Positions 58,408 to 64,000 of a DNA stretch of 64,000 bases are shown piece after piece. The stretch spans positions 192-64,191 of the forward strand of contig CANLTT010000001.1 in NCBI GenBank assembly GCA_947494115.1. The letters are read 5' to 3'. Source of the stretch: Candidatus Caenarcanales bacterium (GTDB lineage Bacteria > Cyanobacteriota > Vampirovibrionia > Caenarcaniphilales > Caenarcanaceae). The notes below the pieces were generated by a model, which worked only from the letters and a program-made list of their open reading frames with translations, had not been told where the DNA came from and did no database searches. The position numbers were made by a program, and so were the translations under genes. Position 1 is the stretch's first letter. The number at the start of each line of letters is the position of its first letter.

Positions 58408-59124
58408 TTGGGTATAAATAAATTAATGCTTATCAAAAAAAAACAATTGCCACAAGCTTCTAGCCAAGTTGTTTCTTCTACTGGTGATGAATCTGTGAAG
58501 GTGGTTGAAAATAATGATAAAGAAATTGCCCAAAAAGAAGCCCAAAATATTTTAAATCAAGCTCAACAAGAAGCCGATTTAATTTTGCAACAAGCCGCGA
58601 GCGAAGCAGAAAATATTTTAAATTCGGCCGAAAACAGAGTAAAAGAAGCGATTGAAAAAACGATGGCGCAAAAAATGCAAAAGCTAAATGAATTAGAAGA
58701 ACAAGCTGTTGATGAATTGAGGGTTTTTGGTGATTTCAAAAAAGAAATTTTGCAAGACAGTAAAGATTCGATTTTGAATGTTTCAATTGAATTGGCTAGT
58801 CGCATTATTCACCAAAAAGTTAAAGAAAATCCAAATATTCTCGAAAAACTATTCCAAGAAGCGATTCAAGAGGTTTTAGATAATTCTTCGACCGAAGCTG
58901 GCAAAATTGCAATTATTTTAAGTATAAACCCCGAAGATGCCGAAATCGCTCAAAAATTTGCCGAAAGAATGGAGCAAAATAGCCGCCTAGAAATTACCTT
59001 AAAAGAAGATTCTAAGATTTCGCAAGGAAGTTGTGTGATTGAAAGCCCATCTGGAATTTTAGATTGGAATTTCGCTTCTCAGCTTGAACTTTTTAAAGAA
59101 AGAATGCTGTCTTCTAATTTTTAG
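58408..59124 (+). CDS. FliH-like flagellar assembly / T3SS stator protein (tentative)
   Basis: A Q/E-rich helical N-terminus and a C-terminal EITLKEDSKISQGSCVIESPSGILDWNFASQLE resembling the FliH C-terminus (GGC.IETD.G.IDASLE). Confidence 0.45.
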   Translation: MGINKLMLIKKKQLPQASSQVVSSTGDESVKVVENNDKEIAQKEAQNILNQAQQEADLILQQAASEAENILNSAENRVKEAIEKTMAQKMQKLNELEEQAVDELRVFGDFKKEILQDSKDSILNVSIELASRIIHQKVKENPNILEKLFQEAIQEVLDNSSTEAGKIAIILSINPEDAEIAQKFAERMEQNSRLEITLKEDSKISQGSCVIESPSGILDWNFASQLELFKERMLSSNF

Positions 59125-59196
59125 TAGTTTTTATCTTTTTGGGCTTTCTAGAACGCTTTTTGTTATATTGTTAGCCATAGTCCAATTTTCCTTCTT

Positions 59197-61143
59197 ATGA
59201 GCCAAAGCGATTTTAGCCTAAAAGGAGATCTTCTTAAAGATTTAAACTTTATTGAAAACAAAGAATGGCTAATCACTAATGGCCTTGGTGGCTACGCCTC
59301 TGGAAGCGTCTCTGGAATTTTAAATCGCAAATATCACGGCTTATTAATTGCTTGCCAAGATGGCCTGAAAGCCGACAGAAAACTATTAGTTAGTAAATTT
59401 GAAGAAATTATTCAATACAAAAACAAAAACTATAATTTAGCGGCCAATCGCTGGGATAATTCATCAGTTAAGCCAGATGGTTATTTGTATTTAAAAGAAT
59501 TCAGCTTGGAAGGCACTACGCCAGTGTGGACATATAAACTAGATGATTGTATTTTGCAAAAGCGTGTCTGGATGAAAGATGGTGAAAATACAACTTATAT
59601 TAGTTATTATTTGCTGAAAGCCTCAGAGCCGATCAATATAAAAATTGCTTGTTTTATTAATTATAGAAACCATCATGAATTAACCACCAATTTAATAAAT
59701 TATCAAATAGAAGCTTGCGAATATGGTTGTAGCGTAAAAACCGAAATACCTTTTTATATTTTGTCGCAAGACGCTCATCACAAGCTTGATAATACTTGGT
59801 ATCAAAACTATAAATTGGCGATCGAAGAAAAGCGCGGTTATGACTTTTTGGATAATAATTGCAAAGTAATTGAATTTGAGCGTGATTTAGCCGCCAGTAA
59901 ATTATTAACTATTATTGCAACCACTAATGAAAAAGCCTCATTGAATGGAATAGAAGCTTATAGCGAAAAAATAGATTCTCAAATTGAAATTTTAGATCAT
60001 AGCTGGATAAGTGCTCATCAAGTGCCAAGTTGGATTAAACAATTGATTTTAACCGCTGAGCAATTTATCGTAAAAAGTCCGTCTCAAACTATTATTGCTG
60101 GTTATCCGTGGTTTGATGATTGGTCTAGAGATACTTTAATAAGCTTAGAAGGTCTTTGTAAGCCAGAAGTGATGAAGCAAGTTTTATTAAATTATAAAGA
60201 ATTATTTCAGAATGGTCTTTTGCCAACCCGATTGCAAGAGCCTTTACAATTTAACAATGCTGATTCTGCTCTTTGGTATTTTATTGCTCTCAAAAGCTAT
60301 TTAGACCAAACCCAAGACCTAGAGCTTTTAAGAGATTTATTTATTGATTTGGTTAAAACAATTGATTGCTATTTTAAAGGCACAGAACATAATATTAAAG
60401 TCTCTCCAGATGATGGCTTATTAATGGCTGGTGATGACGGTTTTGCTTTAACTTGGATGGATGCAAAATGTCAAAATCAGGTTTTTACTCCTCGTAGAGG
60501 CAAGCCAGTCGAAATTAATGCTCTTTGGTATAATGCCTTGCTTTGTATGGCTGATTGGGCTGGTGATTTAGAAATTGAACAAACTAAAGAAAACTATCTC
60601 GAAATGGCGCAAAAAGTTAGAGTGAGTTTTCAGAAATTTTGGAATAATGATTTGAATTGCTTGTATGATGTCATTGATACGCCCTCTGGTTCGCCAGATC
60701 CAAGTATAAGACCGAATCAAATTTTTGCAATTTCTTTACCTTATTCACCGCTCACACAACCGCAAAAAGAATATATATTAAAAGTTTGTGAAGCTCATCT
60801 TTTAACACCCTTTGGCTTGCGAACTTTGTCTTTTGAAGACCCTGAATATATTGGTTATTACGGCCAAGATTCTTTATATTTGCGAGATTCAGCTTACCAT
60901 CAAGGAACTGTGTGGCCTTGGCTTTTAGGACTTTTTGTAATTGCGCACTATAAGGTCTTTAAAGACAAAGAAAAAGCTTTGCAATTTTTTAATGCTTTGC
61001 CAGAGGCTCTGAAGAAGTTTGCCATTGGCAATTTAGGCGAAATTTTTGACGGAAATAGTCCTTTTTGCCCCGAAGGTTGTTTAGCTCAAGCTTGGTCGGT
61101 CGCTGAAATTTTACGAGCTTATAAATTCGTAGTATTAAATTAA
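59197..61143 (+). CDS. Second amylo-alpha-1,6-glucosidase (GDE) family protein
   Basis: A GDE_N-like N-terminus (WLITNGLGGYASGSVSGILNRKYHGLLIA) and a GDE_C barrel (GYPWFDDWSRDTLISLEG, GTVWPWLLG). Confidence 0.75.
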   Translation: MSQSDFSLKGDLLKDLNFIENKEWLITNGLGGYASGSVSGILNRKYHGLLIACQDGLKADRKLLVSKFEEIIQYKNKNYNLAANRWDNSSVKPDGYLYLKEFSLEGTTPVWTYKLDDCILQKRVWMKDGENTTYISYYLLKASEPINIKIACFINYRNHHELTTNLINYQIEACEYGCSVKTEIPFYILSQDAHHKLDNTWYQNYKLAIEEKRGYDFLDNNCKVIEFERDLAASKLLTIIATTNEKASLNGIEAYSEKIDSQIEILDHSWISAHQVPSWIKQLILTAEQFIVKSPSQTIIAGYPWFDDWSRDTLISLEGLCKPEVMKQVLLNYKELFQNGLLPTRLQEPLQFNNADSALWYFIALKSYLDQTQDLELLRDLFIDLVKTIDCYFKGTEHNIKVSPDDGLLMAGDDGFALTWMDAKCQNQVFTPRRGKPVEINALWYNALLCMADWAGDLEIEQTKENYLEMAQKVRVSFQKFWNNDLNCLYDVIDTPSGSPDPSIRPNQIFAISLPYSPLTQPQKEYILKVCEAHLLTPFGLRTLSFEDPEYIGYYGQDSLYLRDSAYHQGTVWPWLLGLFVIAHYKVFKDKEKALQFFNALPEALKKFAIGNLGEIFDGNSPFCPEGCLAQAWSVAEILRAYKFVVLN

Positions 61144-61579
61144 TTTAATTTAGGCTTTTATTTTTATTGTCTTTACAGCACTATGGACAGTTTTTAAAAT
61201 AACAAAATAAACAGGCTTTTCATCAGCAATAATGGATCGAATCGCAACAAGCTGTCAATGCGTCGTCTGCGGGCGCTTGCCCTAGGAGCGGGGTTTTAGG
61301 GGTCGGCGATGAGACCCCTAAGAACGAGGCAACTCAAGAATTCATATTTTGCAAATAAATTACTTTTTGATAAATTGTCCATAGTATTGATCTTTAGAAT
61401 GAATGGAAAATTAACTAAAGATTTTTAAAACTTTCTTAGGGATTTCTTTATAATTAATTTAGTCTGGATATTTAACAATTAATATTTTTTTATGAAGTAA
61501 GCACTTTACTTATTTTATTTGATTGTTTTATCTTGGCTGTGTTTGAATATTTCTTGTTGATGCCCTGCCTGAAACTAAA

Positions 61580-62635
61580 ATGAAATCTGTCTCTACAACC
61601 CTTGAAAAATCTTCGATTGAATCTGAGCTTAAATTGAGCGATCTCAGAAAATTAATTCCTGCTGAGTCTTTAAAACCACCAATTGCCAAAAATATAATTG
61701 GTTTTTTAATAAAATATGGTTTATTTGCTTTATGTTTTTATCTTGCTTGTTCGGCAAATTCTCTTCTCTTGACTGCCTTCTGGACTTTAATGTCTGGTGT
61801 TTTTATTTTTAGTTTAGGCACTGTCGGCCATGATTGCGGACATGGTTTATATGTTCGTCCAAGATGGCTGAATGAGCTTATTGGCCAAATTTCTATGATT
61901 ACGCACGGTTTACCATATGCTGGCTGGAAGCATTCGCATAATACACATCACGCCAATACTAACCGTGGAGACCTTGATCCAGACCGTTTATGGCTTTATC
62001 CAGATGAATTTACTAATATGTCTAAAACTGGACAATTTTTGTGGAAGCTCTTTCATACACAATTATTTTGGATGAGCGCCGTTGGACATTATTTTAGATC
62101 GATGTTGCCATGGTCATTTCGGATTGAAAAATATACCGATAAACCTGAAGAAATTAAAGCTTGCAAAAAAGATAATTTAATTTTTGTGGGATCTTTAGTT
62201 GCTTTTCATGGTTTTCTAATTGTGGCTGGTTTAGGTTTTAAGCCTTTGCTGGTGCATTTTGTGGCCGTTTTAATTGCTTTTGTTTGTTTGTCTGTTTATG
62301 TGCGTACAGAGCATTATTTATTAGACAATGGCTGGGATGTTCACGATAAGCCTTGGCGTACAAGCCGTACTATTGTGCAAAGCCCACTGCTTGACTTTTT
62401 GGCCACCAACCTAAATTATCATGTTGAGCATCACATTTTACAAACCATTCCTCACGCCAATTTGCCAGCTTTAAGGCCAATACTCAAAAAAGCTATTCTG
62501 GATGCTGGTCAGCCTTACCATGAAGATGAATTATGGCACTTCTTGAAATTGGCTTTTAATAAAGAGTTTTTTGTTGTGGAACGAGGAAGTTTTCGTGAAA
62601 TACAGCTCAGTGAAATGCCTAAGGCTAATTTGTAA
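61580..62635 (+). CDS. Membrane fatty-acid desaturase
   Basis: Three histidine boxes (HDCGH, HSHNTHH, HVEHH) with a TM-helix topology. Confidence 0.85.
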   Translation: MKSVSTTLEKSSIESELKLSDLRKLIPAESLKPPIAKNIIGFLIKYGLFALCFYLACSANSLLLTAFWTLMSGVFIFSLGTVGHDCGHGLYVRPRWLNELIGQISMITHGLPYAGWKHSHNTHHANTNRGDLDPDRLWLYPDEFTNMSKTGQFLWKLFHTQLFWMSAVGHYFRSMLPWSFRIEKYTDKPEEIKACKKDNLIFVGSLVAFHGFLIVAGLGFKPLLVHFVAVLIAFVCLSVYVRTEHYLLDNGWDVHDKPWRTSRTIVQSPLLDFLATNLNYHVEHHILQTIPHANLPALRPILKKAILDAGQPYHEDELWHFLKLAFNKEFFVVERGSFREIQLSEMPKANL

Positions 62636-63416
62636 TTTATTATTTTTATTGACCGTCTCTGTTCAAGCTGAAACTAACAATATATTTTTAAATTCTGTTC
62701 AGGGTAAATTTAAACATATGCCAGAGTCTAAGCTTGAGCAAAGGCTTTTGAAAGAATATGGTAGCCTTTGGATCAATAATAATTCTGTTTTATTGCCAAA
62801 CTTACTTATCTTTCCATCTGAAACCGAGACTTTAAACTATCAAAATAAGCTTAAATTAGCCAAATTTAGTTCAACCTGCGCATTGCAAGAGCCAGCTTTT
62901 AAAGCTCTTCAAAAAGCCCAACAAATTGCGCAAAGCCAAAAGCTCTCTGTAAGCCAGCGTGGGACCGATTCTTGTTTGCGTTCATATAAAACCACACAAG
63001 ATCTTTGGCTGAGCCGTGTAAAACCCAATTTAGATTATTATGTACAAAACGGCAAAATCTCAACAGCGACTGCTAATCAAATTAAAAACTTAAAAACCCC
63101 CTCTCAAATTGAGGCCATCTTAAAATTAGAGCAAGAAAAAAACCTTTCTTTCGACAAGTATCGACAAGGTTCAATTTTAAATTCGGTGGCCGCTCCAGGT
63201 AGTTCTCAGCACTTGACAGGCTTGGCCTTTGATTTGGCAGAATTCAATAATCCACAGGTCAGAAAAATTATGAATCAATGCGGTTGGTGGCAAACTGTCA
63301 AAAATGATTTACCCCACTTTACTTATTTAGGCTTGCAATATGAGAGCGATTTGCAAAAATCTGGCCTTAAACAATTTAAACAAGCTGGTTTTACTTTTTG
63401 GATTCCAAATTTTTAA
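62610..63416 (+). CDS. D-alanyl-D-alanine carboxypeptidase (VanY / peptidase M15B family), secreted
   Basis: Contains the SQHLTGLAFDL zinc-ligand motif. The start was placed at GTG 62610 to give the signal peptide MKCLRLICNLLFLLTVSVQA. The listed ORF starts at TTG 62571 and overlaps the desaturase gene. Confidence 0.7.
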   Translation: MKCLRLICNLLFLLTVSVQAETNNIFLNSVQGKFKHMPESKLEQRLLKEYGSLWINNNSVLLPNLLIFPSETETLNYQNKLKLAKFSSTCALQEPAFKALQKAQQIAQSQKLSVSQRGTDSCLRSYKTTQDLWLSRVKPNLDYYVQNGKISTATANQIKNLKTPSQIEAILKLEQEKNLSFDKYRQGSILNSVAAPGSSQHLTGLAFDLAEFNNPQVRKIMNQCGWWQTVKNDLPHFTYLGLQYESDLQKSGLKQFKQAGFTFWIPNF

Positions 63417-63550
63417 GAATTGAATTTACTGCATTTAATAGTCTAGTTCAGATGGTTGTGGCAAAGGGAAATTTAAGCAATTTAGGGAAAACCTAAGCAG
63501 TTCAAAGGGAATCTTGCGAATAGAACTATTAAAAGAGGAGCGATTTCCCA

Positions 63551-64000
63551 ATGTCCGATCCTAATGTTACCGCTCGTATAAATGCGCTTAAAGAGCAAAA
63601 TAAAGCTAGTGCTCAAAGCCTTAAAACGCCAGCTTATTATCAATTACGCAAAGAATTACATAGCCAATTATTGAATGAAATCTCTCCTGAAGACTTAACT
63701 GGCGAAATTAATCAGCATGAAATTAAACAGCAAATTGGTCAAATTGTAAATGCCTTAGCCGCCAGACAAGGAATTCCTTTATCGGGTGAGCAAAAAGGCT
63801 TACTTATAACCGAGCTTACGGATGAAGTTTTAGGTTTTGGCCCTCTAGAACAGCTTTTGCGGGACGATAGCATTAGCGAAATTATGATTAATAACTATAA
63901 AACCATATTTGTCGAAAAAGAGGGCAAATGTATTAAGCTCAAAGAAATTATTTTTGAAGACGAAACACATTTATTACACGTTATACGCCGTATCACCCTC
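63551..64000 (+). CDS. CpaF/TadA-type type II/IV secretion ATPase, 3'-truncated by the window edge
   Basis: Has an N-terminal domain with LGFGPLEQLLRDDSISEIMINNYKTIFVEKEG (compare CpaF/VirB11 LGPLEPLL.D..V.EIMVNG...VFVE). Confidence 0.7.
   Translation, partial: MSDPNVTARINALKEQNKASAQSLKTPAYYQLRKELHSQLLNEISPEDLTGEINQHEIKQQIGQIVNALAARQGIPLSGEQKGLLITELTDEVLGFGPLEQLLRDDSISEIMINNYKTIFVEKEGKCIKLKEIIFEDETHLLHVIRRITL

Noticed and set aside
1-64000. Search for tRNA/rRNA genes and CRISPR arrays
   Set aside because: No T-loop-like GTTCGAATCC/GTTCAAATCC contexts with acceptor-stem complementarity were seen in intergenic regions, and no rRNA-like conserved blocks. No regularly spaced repeat-spacer arrays. 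The only tandem repeats (446-511 and 38413-38466) are short and lie inside coding regions.

Overview
This is a 64-kb, low-GC (about 35%) bacterial chromosomal segment with densely packed genes and frequent 4-bp or 8-bp start/stop overlaps. Most of it is housekeeping: smc, infA, scpB, thyX, crcB, ppc, msrBA, ftsEX, aroK, prs, mutM, panD, nuoJK, ddl, dnaG, recG, hemA, fliI, etfB, speE, tmk, glycogen-debranching-family genes and a membrane desaturase. Several features loosely suggest a cyanobacteria-related, possibly non-photosynthetic lineage: an RbpA-like glycine-rich RRM protein, an ndhG/ndhE-like nuoJK pair, thyX, a YumC-type FNR and flagellar/Tad components. I cannot verify that. Four accessory or plastic regions stand out. 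First, a defence island at the left edge holds a partial type I hsdS with an in-frame 24-bp tandem repeat, an Abi_2 abortive-infection gene, and an internally deleted IS3-family element that keeps its terminal inverted repeats. Second, an IS110 transposase remnant with a transglutaminase-like gene lies between prs and mutM. Third, a hypervariable locus between dnaG and recG carries a tandem segmental duplication that includes the recG 3' end. It holds a translationally coupled small-ORF plus caspase-like (clan CD) protease cassette, a decayed second copy of that cassette, and a repeat-containing secreted ORF. Fourth, a 4.3-kb mcrB-mcrC-dcm (LlaJI-like) island is inserted exactly at the 3' end of a glycogen-debranching-family gene and flanked by 44-bp direct repeats. 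I found no rRNA, tRNA or CRISPR array. Two GC-rich, hairpin-rich intergenic elements bounded by short inverted repeats are candidate structured RNAs or MITEs.
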